Source: a virus. From it: a stretch of DNA of 64,000 nucleotides. Every line of letters starts with the position of its first letter. The first letter of the stretch is position 1. Position numbers and translations under genes: made by a program. The notes beneath the pieces are model-generated. The model was not told the DNA's origin and ran no database searches. It saw only the letters and a program-made list of their open reading frames with translations. The stretch is taken from IMG/VR virus record IMGVR_UViG_3300044712_000991, positions 32,001 through 96,000 of that record, one strand, 5' to 3'. Positions 29,404 through 36,647 of this stretch are shown one piece after another.

Positions 29404-30620
29404 TAGACCATCACCCGACCGAGGGTCGCGATGTTCGTCCCTGTGGGTCGTAGCGCGGTCTCCACGGTCTCCACGAGCATCTTGTCCGCCCGCTCCAGCG
29501 ACCATTCGGCGCGGATGACCTCTCCGAACTTCAGCGCCCTCTCGGTCGCCACGGGATACCGCTCGTAGCACCGCTTGAGCCTACTCTTCGCGTGCTCGTA
29601 GTTCGGATTCGCCCACGACTGCCCAGGACCGAGGAGTTCGGGAGCCCACATCGACTGCGGTACGGGTCCCATGTCGTAGTCCACGACCGCCGTGAGATGG
29701 GGGTTCACGTAGTCCATGTGCCCCGAGTAGCCCGTGACGATGATGGGGAGATTGCACGCAGCAGCCTCCGCTAGTGGGCGGAAATACCCCTCACCATGCG
29801 TGAGACTCACGAAGGCCTTGATCTGCGGGTGATGGTACAACCCCGAGAGCTCCTCGTTGGACATCGCGCCGTGTACGAAGTGCACTCTGCCCTTGGCGGC
29901 CGGTCCTAGAAGCTCGGACATGCGCTCCAGGAGAGCATAGCGGTCGGGAGAGGACTGGTTGTGCATGTACGTCTTGACCACGATGCCCACCTCGGGGTTG
30001 TCAATGAACGCATCGAGGACGGTCATGATGGTCGCAGGGATGTTCTTCCTGTCCATGCTGACCTCACCCTGCAACCACTGCCCCACGGTCAAAAAGTTGA
30101 ACTTCGTGGGGAACTCCAACTGCGAGATGGATGGTATTGCAGACACGGGGTCCACATCGTTGAAGACCTTGGTGTCCACCCCCTCGGGCACGACATACAC
30201 GGGGACTTTCACCCCGCAAGTAATGAGGCGATCCCGCACGAACTTCGAGGGCACGATGATGGCGGTCATCTGGTTGCAGTACTCAGCCCACTTCTGTGGA
30301 TACTGCTCCACCTCCAGACCGGCCGTGATCCCGATATTCGCCACAGCGGACACCCTGCGAAACTCGTGGGGGACGCCCACCTGTATCCAGGCGAACTCCA
30401 CGCCCTCTGCGATACGGTTGTTGCACATGAACACCAGTGCATCCGCCACATCCTTCTCGGGCGTACAGGTCGAACTGCCTCCCCACCCCACGGGTACCAC
30501 GGAGATGTTGAAGTTTCCGGAGTTGAACAGGGCCATGACGATGTCCCTGGCATGCGCTCCGTATCCGCTCAGGCTGAACACGGGGGCTTGGATGATGAGA
30601 TTCTTCCGATCGGTCATCAT
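29403..30620 (-). CDS. Glycosyltransferase family 4
   Basis: SGYGAHARDI, IIVPS, VPEGVD, THGEGYFRPLAEAAACN. Confidence 0.9.
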   Translation of the reverse strand: MMTDRKNLIIQAPVFSLSGYGAHARDIVMALFNSGNFNISVVPVGWGGSSTCTPEKDVADALVFMCNNRIAEGVEFAWIQVGVPHEFRRVSAVANIGITAGLEVEQYPQKWAEYCNQMTAIIVPSKFVRDRLITCGVKVPVYVVPEGVDTKVFNDVDPVSAIPSISQLEFPTKFNFLTVGQWLQGEVSMDRKNIPATIMTVLDAFIDNPEVGIVVKTYMHNQSSPDRYALLERMSELLGPAAKGRVHFVHGAMSNEELSGLYHHPQIKAFVSLTHGEGYFRPLAEAAACNLPIIVTGYSGHMDYVNPHLTAVVDYDMGPVPQSMWAPELLGPGQSWANPNYEHAKSRLKRCYERYPVATERALKFGEVIRAEWSLERADKMLVETVETALRPTGTNIATLGRVMV

Positions 30621-30940
30621 AACGGGGATACTCCTATAGCTTGGTATGGTTGAATAGAAATGTCACACTCTTCGATGTAATTCAGTACGAGGGGAGTCCG
30701 CGATGACCACGGGTCTCCCGGGCGCACGGTTTTTTCATGCTCGGTGCCACCAAAACGCACCTTGCGGGTGGCGTGGGTCAGATGGATACCAGTCCACGCC
30801 ATACCCTGGTTGCCATCCTCATAGAGGATAGGCTCGACCCCATCCGACAAAATCAGACCGATGAACCCCGATGAACAAGCAGCAATGGCATACTTGCGTG
30901 GTGGTCTCACCACGGTCTCCACATCCTTCTGGATGCTCAT
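30617..30940 (-). CDS. Hypothetical protein
   Basis: 107 aa ORF coupled on both sides. Confidence 0.65.
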   Translation of the reverse strand: MSIQKDVETVVRPPRKYAIAACSSGFIGLILSDGVEPILYEDGNQGMAWTGIHLTHATRKVRFGGTEHEKTVRPGDPWSSRTPLVLNYIEECDISIQPYQAIGVSPL

Positions 30941-31290
30941 CAGTTTCGTCCCTTCATACGCTGTGCGACCTTCGCGTAACTCTTTCCTTCCCCATCGGGA
31001 TGCACGAGCGTCACGACGTTCGTGGGCTTACCGAGAGCGAAGGCCATGCCGAGATCGAAATGGCTTCCCTTGCTCTCCACATCCCATATGACATGTACCT
31101 CATCCGCCGCCCTCATGGAATCCAAGTGCTCCACGCAGATGTTGTACCCCGTTGGATCGCCCTGATAGACATCGCGTACCGGGTTGTGCACCGAGTGCCC
31201 CTCGGCCTCTAGAGAGGCGACATAGAGGTCAATCATGCGCTGTACATCGGGCGCAACCCCCCGTACTGGACATATCAGATGAATACGCAT
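30940..31290 (-). CDS. Nucleoside 2-deoxyribosyltransferase / N-glycosidase superfamily protein
   Basis: IHLICP, VHNP, AADEV, GSHFDLGMAFALGKP (Asp at the usual catalytic Glu position). Confidence 0.75.
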   Translation of the reverse strand: MRIHLICPVRGVAPDVQRMIDLYVASLEAEGHSVHNPVRDVYQGDPTGYNICVEHLDSMRAADEVHVIWDVESKGSHFDLGMAFALGKPTNVVTLVHPDGEGKSYAKVAQRMKGRN

Positions 31291-31297
31291 TCGTGCC

Positions 31298-31468
31298 TCA
31301 TGTAGTTTGTTTTGCGAACATCGAGCGCCACAGCCGTTTTACCGCCCGCGCAACACCCCAACCTTCTAAGCACAGCAAGAGCATGAGGACTCCCCCAAAT
31401 ACTAACGCTATCCAGAAGAGAAACCTCCATTCATCTCCCGCCTTGGTGTTGCCCAGGTCTTCCATCAT
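31298..31468 (-). CDS. Small single-pass membrane protein
   Basis: 57 aa with hydrophobic FLFWIALVFGGVLMLLLCL segment; follows an AGGAG-type RBS. Confidence 0.5.
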   Translation of the reverse strand: MMEDLGNTKAGDEWRFLFWIALVFGGVLMLLLCLEGWGVARAVKRLWRSMFAKQTT

Positions 31469-31470
31469 AC

Positions 31471-32706
31471 TCACTCCTGTGTGTGAACAACCCACGACTT
31501 GAACGTAGAGGGCTTGGCGAGCACGGAGGTCAGCACCTGCTTCCACGCGGCAATCGTGTTGTCCGTGTGGTAGTTCTTGATGATGTGCTCCCGCCCCTGG
31601 AGACCCAGTCCACGCAGTTTGCCCGCCGCCTTCAGCGTGTACGCCTCCTCCATCGCCGCCTGGATGTCCTCTACGGATGTCCAGTCCTGGTTGATGTACG
31701 GATTGCCCACAACACCGAACAGCGTACGCACGGTGGGCTGAAGAAGAATGCCATTCACCGCACCATCATCGCACACCATCTGCTCCGTCAGACCTCCCGT
31801 GGAGACCGCGATGTTCGGTGTACCGGCCAGTAGGCTTTCCATACACGAGAGACCAAAGCCCTCGTTGTATGCCACGTTCAGCGTCACATCCGCAAGGTTG
31901 TAGAACCTATTCAGATCGCTCACGGAGACCTTGCTGCTGTTGATGATAACGGGGGCCGCGTTGCGCTCCACCTGCTTCATGATCATCCCGAGGTCGAACC
32001 CCTCGGCATCGACTGCGGCGGTGTTCATGATGAGCACCGAATCGGGATGCGTCTGCCAGAAGCGCCGGAAGGCGACCACGATGTCCGCCGTACGCTTGCG
32101 GAAGGTGTTGCGGTTGTTGTAGAACAGCACGAACTCGGGCTTCGTTGGGAGTTTGCCGAACACATTGCTCCTGATGGCCTCCACCTCCTCGGGCTCCAAC
32201 GGATAGAACTCCGTGGGGTCACCTCCGTGGGGCGCGAACATCACGTCCACACCGTTGTCCTTCATCAGATCGTAGGAGAACTTGGAGAGCATCACCACCT
32301 GGTCACAGGCCGCGTACCAAACCTTGTTGTACGCCGGGAACGGGCGATTGTCCCATGTGTGGTAGAACACGAGCTTGGTATGCTTCCTGATCTCATCGTC
32401 CATGATGAACGCATAGGTGAAGAACCTCGGGTCGGAGAAGAGCACCGTTATCTCGGGCTTCTCCTGACCGATGACTGCCCGGAGGAGCGAGGGGTTGCCA
32501 TACCCATCCGCCGTGGGATAGACCTTGATACCCTCGAACATCACGGGGCGTGGGTCCTGAGGGCGAATACTTCCGGCGATGGTCACAATCTCGTACTCGC
32601 CCGACTTGAGCAAGCCCTTCATGAGCATGTACGCCTGAATACCGACCCCTGTCTTCTCGCGGATATCATCGGTCACGAACAGTATCTTGGTTCTCTTCAT
32701 ACTCAC
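31471..32706 (-). CDS. Glycosyltransferase family 4
   Basis: KILFVTD...TGVG, LFSDPR, YNEGFGLSCMESLLAG. Confidence 0.92.
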   Translation of the reverse strand: MSMKRTKILFVTDDIREKTGVGIQAYMLMKGLLKSGEYEIVTIAGSIRPQDPRPVMFEGIKVYPTADGYGNPSLLRAVIGQEKPEITVLFSDPRFFTYAFIMDDEIRKHTKLVFYHTWDNRPFPAYNKVWYAACDQVVMLSKFSYDLMKDNGVDVMFAPHGGDPTEFYPLEPEEVEAIRSNVFGKLPTKPEFVLFYNNRNTFRKRTADIVVAFRRFWQTHPDSVLIMNTAAVDAEGFDLGMIMKQVERNAAPVIINSSKVSVSDLNRFYNLADVTLNVAYNEGFGLSCMESLLAGTPNIAVSTGGLTEQMVCDDGAVNGILLQPTVRTLFGVVGNPYINQDWTSVEDIQAAMEEAYTLKAAGKLRGLGLQGREHIIKNYHTDNTIAAWKQVLTSVLAKPSTFKSWVVHTQE

Positions 32707-33221
32707 CTCGTTAGTTCTGTTGGTACATCCTGAATGGTGTAATGATGCGGATTGCGGTCGGCATACAACGCCTTCAACCGAGCGACATCGGGAGTGAACT
32801 TCTGGACTGCCTCCTGGTAGCCACCCAGGAACATACGATCATCTTCCAGTTTTCCAGCAACAGTCGCATCGATGAGGATGGCAATACAGGCTATGGCGTG
32901 ACCAAGATGTGGTACGCCCGAATCTGGTGCAACCTCTTCACCCTCGAACCACGCACCCATGTGTCTCCACAGGGCATCGTAGTAGATCGAGGCACGCACC
33001 CCGACCGCACGCCAGTTGCACCGCCCGTACTTCAACGCCCCATCGAGGAGCCCGAGAGTACCGTAGATGGTCGCGGTGTTTGGCCACAAGTGCAGCGGAA
33101 GTTTGTTGCTCCCCACGATGTCTTTGGGGTTTGATGGTTTGCTGTCCGAAGGAAGACTGGTGTCAGCTACCCCTGGGTGTGACAGTCCCTCCCAGGGGCG
33201 CGAATCATTGGCAGAGGCCAT
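32703..33221 (-). CDS. dATP/dGTP diphosphohydrolase-like (DUF5664)
   Basis: KLPLHLWP, GALKYGRCNWR, YYDALWRH, DSGVPHLGHA. Confidence 0.85.
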   Translation of the reverse strand: MASANDSRPWEGLSHPGVADTSLPSDSKPSNPKDIVGSNKLPLHLWPNTATIYGTLGLLDGALKYGRCNWRAVGVRASIYYDALWRHMGAWFEGEEVAPDSGVPHLGHAIACIAILIDATVAGKLEDDRMFLGGYQEAVQKFTPDVARLKALYADRNPHHYTIQDVPTELTR

Positions 33222-33504
33222 CGCGAGAGTCCATGAAAAATTGTTTGATAGGATATGCGTAGTAGGTACCGCACCACAAACCGATCAGCCAGAAACTGAC
33301 GAGCCACTTATTGGCCATCATGCCATCGACCATCAGCCACGAACCCATGCCGAGTGCGACAGACCACCACGCGGCTCGCCTACGATACTTCCGCAGTCCC
33401 GCTGTACTCTCAACGAGCGACATGTTCAGAAGGTAGTACGCCCAAAACAGGTCAGCAAGTGCCCCGGCGAGGAACAACGTGATGATAAAAAACGCGGTCT
33501 CCAT
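33205..33504 (-). CDS. Small multi-pass membrane protein
   Basis: Three hydrophobic segments in 99 aa; ATG follows an AGAGG RBS. Confidence 0.65.
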   Translation of the reverse strand: METAFFIITLFLAGALADLFWAYYLLNMSLVESTAGLRKYRRRAAWWSVALGMGSWLMVDGMMANKWLVSFWLIGLWCGTYYAYPIKQFFMDSRDGLCQ

Positions 33505-33505
33505 G

Positions 33506-34282
33506 CTACCTCTTGCTGAACTGTACGAGATAACGAAGAATATGGGTGAAAGGTCTACGCAGATACGGGAACCCTGGAGTGGCATCCACTCCAAAGTCTA
33601 CAGGAAACGATGGATGAATATACCCATTATTTTTTTCAAATGCAAATCGAGCGTGGAAGTAGTTGAATTTACAGCCAGCATGCCACACCCGCAGGTTTTG
33701 AAAGTACTTCTCCCGTACCGCCCGCGGTGCCCACTGCATGAGATACGTCGAAGAGAACATGGTGTTCACAATGGACCGAAGTCCATCATCGGACAGCCCG
33801 AACAGTGCATCCGCATTTTTCGGCAGAGGGTGCTCGTTGTTCATCACGCACACTCGTGCGAGAATGGAGGCACAGTATGCTTCGTACTCCTCCCGAATGA
33901 CCACGGGGTTGTACACAGGGATCAGCGGGAGTAGGGCGAACAGCGTGAACCACACACTCATCGACCACAGGGCGACCCCCACGACCACGACAAGGGCGAG
34001 TAGATATGGCCATGTGCGGTGCAGGGTGAACCAGCGATTGTTCGCCCTCTGCCACATATGCACATACTCGTGGGCTAACACTTCGGTCAGCAGGGGGCTG
34101 TCGGGTCTGCTCTGCATAAGAACCTCTGGGATGTACAGGGTGTGCTTGCCGAGAATCGCCACCTGTACCGTGCCCCCTACGAGACGCTTCCACCACCGCG
34201 CCCAGCGTGAGTGCTCGATCAGTTGCAACTTGATAGTCGGAAACTCACGATGAACGACATGATGCATAAAGTTCTGGCTCAT
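33506..34282 (-). CDS. HExxH zincin-like membrane protein
   Basis: VLAHEYVHMWQ followed by two hydrophobic helices and EYEAY. Confidence 0.7.
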   Translation of the reverse strand: MSQNFMHHVVHREFPTIKLQLIEHSRWARWWKRLVGGTVQVAILGKHTLYIPEVLMQSRPDSPLLTEVLAHEYVHMWQRANNRWFTLHRTWPYLLALVVVVGVALWSMSVWFTLFALLPLIPVYNPVVIREEYEAYCASILARVCVMNNEHPLPKNADALFGLSDDGLRSIVNTMFSSTYLMQWAPRAVREKYFQNLRVWHAGCKFNYFHARFAFEKNNGYIHPSFPVDFGVDATPGFPYLRRPFTHILRYLVQFSKR

Positions 34283-35187
34283 AGCGTATGTACCTCCTGC
34301 CGTTCTTGGCGATAGTCCTTCATGCTCGTGTTGTTGATGTTGATCACCATGCCCTTATTCCCATCCGACAAACGACTAAACAAGCGTTCGTCAATCTGCT
34401 TGAAGTCTTCGAGGTGGAAGTTTGAGGTGAACACGGTGCGTTTGCCTTTGGTGTTCATCCGGTTCTCTAGAACGTTCAGCACGTTCTGCCGATTGAAGTC
34501 CGTGGCCTTGATGGAGAACAGATCATCCACAACAAGGAACTCTGCCTTGTACAACTCGTCCAAGATGTCCTTCTCAGTCACCCCGTTATCCTCGTTACCG
34601 AAGGTGTCGCGGATACGGAGAGCGATGTCTGCTTCCTGGGTGAATATCATGTACCCGTCAAACACATTCGGCGTGAGAAGTCCGTGCTCGTTACGGCGAG
34701 CGACCCCCGCGTGGTCGATAAAGTGCTGCGCCATAGCGGATATGGCGAGCCGTGTCTTGCCAATGCCCTTCTGCGGAGAGAGGAGCGCGAGAAAGGCCCA
34801 CTCGGGATTGCTCGACCAACGCTGAACGAGAGACAGTAGTTTCTCGTTCTTGCCCGTGAGCGCAAATGTTCCGAACGAGGCGTGTATTTCATTCTCGGGG
34901 ACTCCGGACACATACATCCAACGGGGAGCTAGCACGATGTTCTGTATACTCGTGTCCATACGTAAGAAACACTCGTAACAGATGGGGGCGGGATAGTAGG
35001 GCACCACATAGTTAGCCCACGCCAACTGTGCGATGATGTTCTCCCAGTCTCGTGCATCACTGGGTTCGCTATGAGTACACCCCTCGCAGTCGCAACCCAT
35101 CTGTCGAATGGTCTCGCACGCCTTAGTTATAGCCTCTTGTTCCGAATACGGAACCCGAGGAGCAACTTTGAATACTCGTTCACTCAT
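34279..35187 (-). CDS. DnaC/IstB-like AAA+ helicase loader
   Basis: Cys-rich N-terminus, Walker A SPQKGIGKT, Walker B LVVDDL, TVFTSN, RLFSRL. Confidence 0.88.
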   Translation of the reverse strand: MSERVFKVAPRVPYSEQEAITKACETIRQMGCDCEGCTHSEPSDARDWENIIAQLAWANYVVPYYPAPICYECFLRMDTSIQNIVLAPRWMYVSGVPENEIHASFGTFALTGKNEKLLSLVQRWSSNPEWAFLALLSPQKGIGKTRLAISAMAQHFIDHAGVARRNEHGLLTPNVFDGYMIFTQEADIALRIRDTFGNEDNGVTEKDILDELYKAEFLVVDDLFSIKATDFNRQNVLNVLENRMNTKGKRTVFTSNFHLEDFKQIDERLFSRLSDGNKGMVININNTSMKDYRQERQEVHTL

Positions 35188-36541
35188 GTGTTAGCATCTC
35201 CTGCTGAATGTTTTCACGCTCCTGTACATACGCATCCCAACCCGTATCGATGTCGGGGCGATAAAATCCCCCGCCACCATGAAGAACGATGCACGGGTGT
35301 CGGGTATCGTAGTATCGCTGCCGAGCCTGTTCCATGGTAAAGCCATCGTCCTCCAACGCCGCCGAAAGTTGTCGATTCATGCTCTGTAGATCGCGGGGCG
35401 GCCCCAGAGGGTTTTTCTGTAAAGCCTTGGCGACGTTCTTGCCCTGTGCGAGCCATGTTCTGTACAGATACGGGAGCCACGGAGTGGTCACCTTACCCGA
35501 TTCACCCGAGAAGTACTTGTCGGTGGTTGCAAAGAACCCAGGCATCGATCTCGAAAGTGTAACCAACGAGTATGTCTTGAACAAGTCCTTCCACACATCC
35601 ATCCTCACACTCTCAGCCATAACGAGATCGATAGCAGTGCCTGTTTTTGCCAAGTAATGCATGGCGAACTCACGGTCAACTTCAAGCATGTCTACCCGTT
35701 CATTACGCCTCTTCTCTGCCTCACTCATGGTATCCACCGGAGGTGGTGGTGGCTTTATTACCACCTCGTTAGATTTTTTGCGGGTCGGTAGTTTACTTTT
35801 ATTACCTTTCTTAGACGCCTGTAACGACTTGTCCTTCAAAGTGTTAGATGGGGTCTCCTGGTACTGTTGGTACCCAGTGCTTGGTACCGTTGGTACCAGG
35901 CTCTTGGTACCGTTGGTACCAGGCTCTTGGTACCGTTGGTACCAGGCTCTTGGTACCGTTGGTACCCAGTGCTTGGTACTGTTGGTACCAGGTGTTTGAC
36001 CTTCCTGGCTTGGTACCGTTGGTACCAGGCTCTTGGTACCGTTGGTACCAGGTGTTTGACCTTCCTGGCTTGGTACCGTTGGTACCAGGCTCTTGGTACC
36101 GTTGGTACCAGGTTCGGTGATGTCCTTCGAGTCTTCTCCAGCATCCGGGAATGGCCCGGGATTCAGTCGTCTGAATAGCAGTTCGATTGCCCGTTGATCC
36201 TCAGCCTCTGGTCTGCGCGGGACTCCCACCCACGTTTCGTGGTTTTTGTTGATGTACATGTAGTCATCGGGCTCGCGGACGAGGATGTTCTTGCGCACTA
36301 GTGAGTCAAGCGCACCCTTCAGTCGCTTACTGGGAATTCCTGTGTATCTCCGCAGGATGAACTGTGGAATGCGTGCTCGTTTTTGCTTGTACCACCCATA
36401 GGTGAACCGTAGGACGACCGAGATGATGTCCTTCTCCAAAACCTTGAGACCTGCTCGGTTGCTGAGTTCACATATGAGCTCGTTTGCGGTGGTCGTGAAA
36501 CCGTTCGCAAGTTGCACACCCTCTTCACGCTTCTTACTCAT
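35180..36541 (-). CDS. Lambda O-like phage replication initiator carrying an internal iteron array
   Basis: N-terminus LANGFTTTANEL...VLRFTYGWYK...GI...LVRKNIL...INKNHETW resembles Phage_rep_O; repeat array and AT-rich Lys-coding linker in mid-gene; coupled to the DnaC-like gene. Confidence 0.85.
   Translation of the reverse strand: MSKKREEGVQLANGFTTTANELICELSNRAGLKVLEKDIISVVLRFTYGWYKQKRARIPQFILRRYTGIPSKRLKGALDSLVRKNILVREPDDYMYINKNHETWVGVPRRPEAEDQRAIELLFRRLNPGPFPDAGEDSKDITEPGTNGTKSLVPTVPSQEGQTPGTNGTKSLVPTVPSQEGQTPGTNSTKHWVPTVPRAWYQRYQEPGTNGTKSLVPTVPSTGYQQYQETPSNTLKDKSLQASKKGNKSKLPTRKKSNEVVIKPPPPPVDTMSEAEKRRNERVDMLEVDREFAMHYLAKTGTAIDLVMAESVRMDVWKDLFKTYSLVTLSRSMPGFFATTDKYFSGESGKVTTPWLPYLYRTWLAQGKNVAKALQKNPLGPPRDLQSMNRQLSAALEDDGFTMEQARQRYYDTRHPCIVLHGGGGFYRPDIDTGWDAYVQERENIQQEMLTHE
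35751..35857. other. AT-rich tract next to the iterons (candidate DNA unwinding element)
   Basis: 40 G+C in the 100 nt 35751-35850 by my count, visibly lower than the flanking genes; lambda-like arrangement. Confidence 0.55.
35858..36109. repeat. Iteron-like array: 10 copies of a 17 bp core TTGGTAC(C/T)GTTGGTACC
   Basis: Cores start at 35858, 35881, 35904, 35927, 35950, 35973, 36010, 36033, 36070 and 36093 (spacings of 23 or 37 bp); linkers AGGCTC, CAGTGC or a 20-mer. Confidence 0.95.
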
Positions 36542-36549
36542 GGGTCTCT

Positions 36550-36578
36550 TTGCTTTTTCCAGAAAATGTGTGTATATT
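36550..36578 (+). promoter_or_regulatory. sigma70-type promoter TTGCTT-N17-TATATT driving the plus-strand RNA ligase
   Basis: TTGCTT tttccagaaaatgtgtg TATATT; hexamers identical to the nrdJ promoter. Confidence 0.72.
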
Positions 36579-36599
36579 GGGGATACGAAAACCGTGCTT

Positions 36600-36616
36600 G
36601 GTACCAACAGTACCAA
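36600..36616 (-). promoter_or_regulatory. Solo inverted iteron copy (candidate operator)
   Basis: GGTACCAACAGTACCAA is the exact reverse complement of the array core TTGGTACTGTTGGTACC (the 35973 variant). Confidence 0.75.
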
Positions 36617-36647
36617 GGTAAGCATAACTGGAGCGAAAATCAAATCC

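Noticed and set aside
32703-33221. Firm call of a Z-genome (2-aminoadenine) phage
   Set aside because: DUF5664 and PolA alone are insufficient; no purZ or datZ is visible in the window
35858-36109. CRISPR array
   Set aside because: The linkers between cores are 6 or 20 nt and are themselves repeated, there are no unique spacers, no cas genes are present, and the array lies in a coding frame
36402-36647. N-terminal extension of the plus-strand RNA ligase ORF in the track
   Set aside because: It overlaps the initiator gene and the promoter; ligase-like sequence begins at ATG 36648, downstream of GGAG
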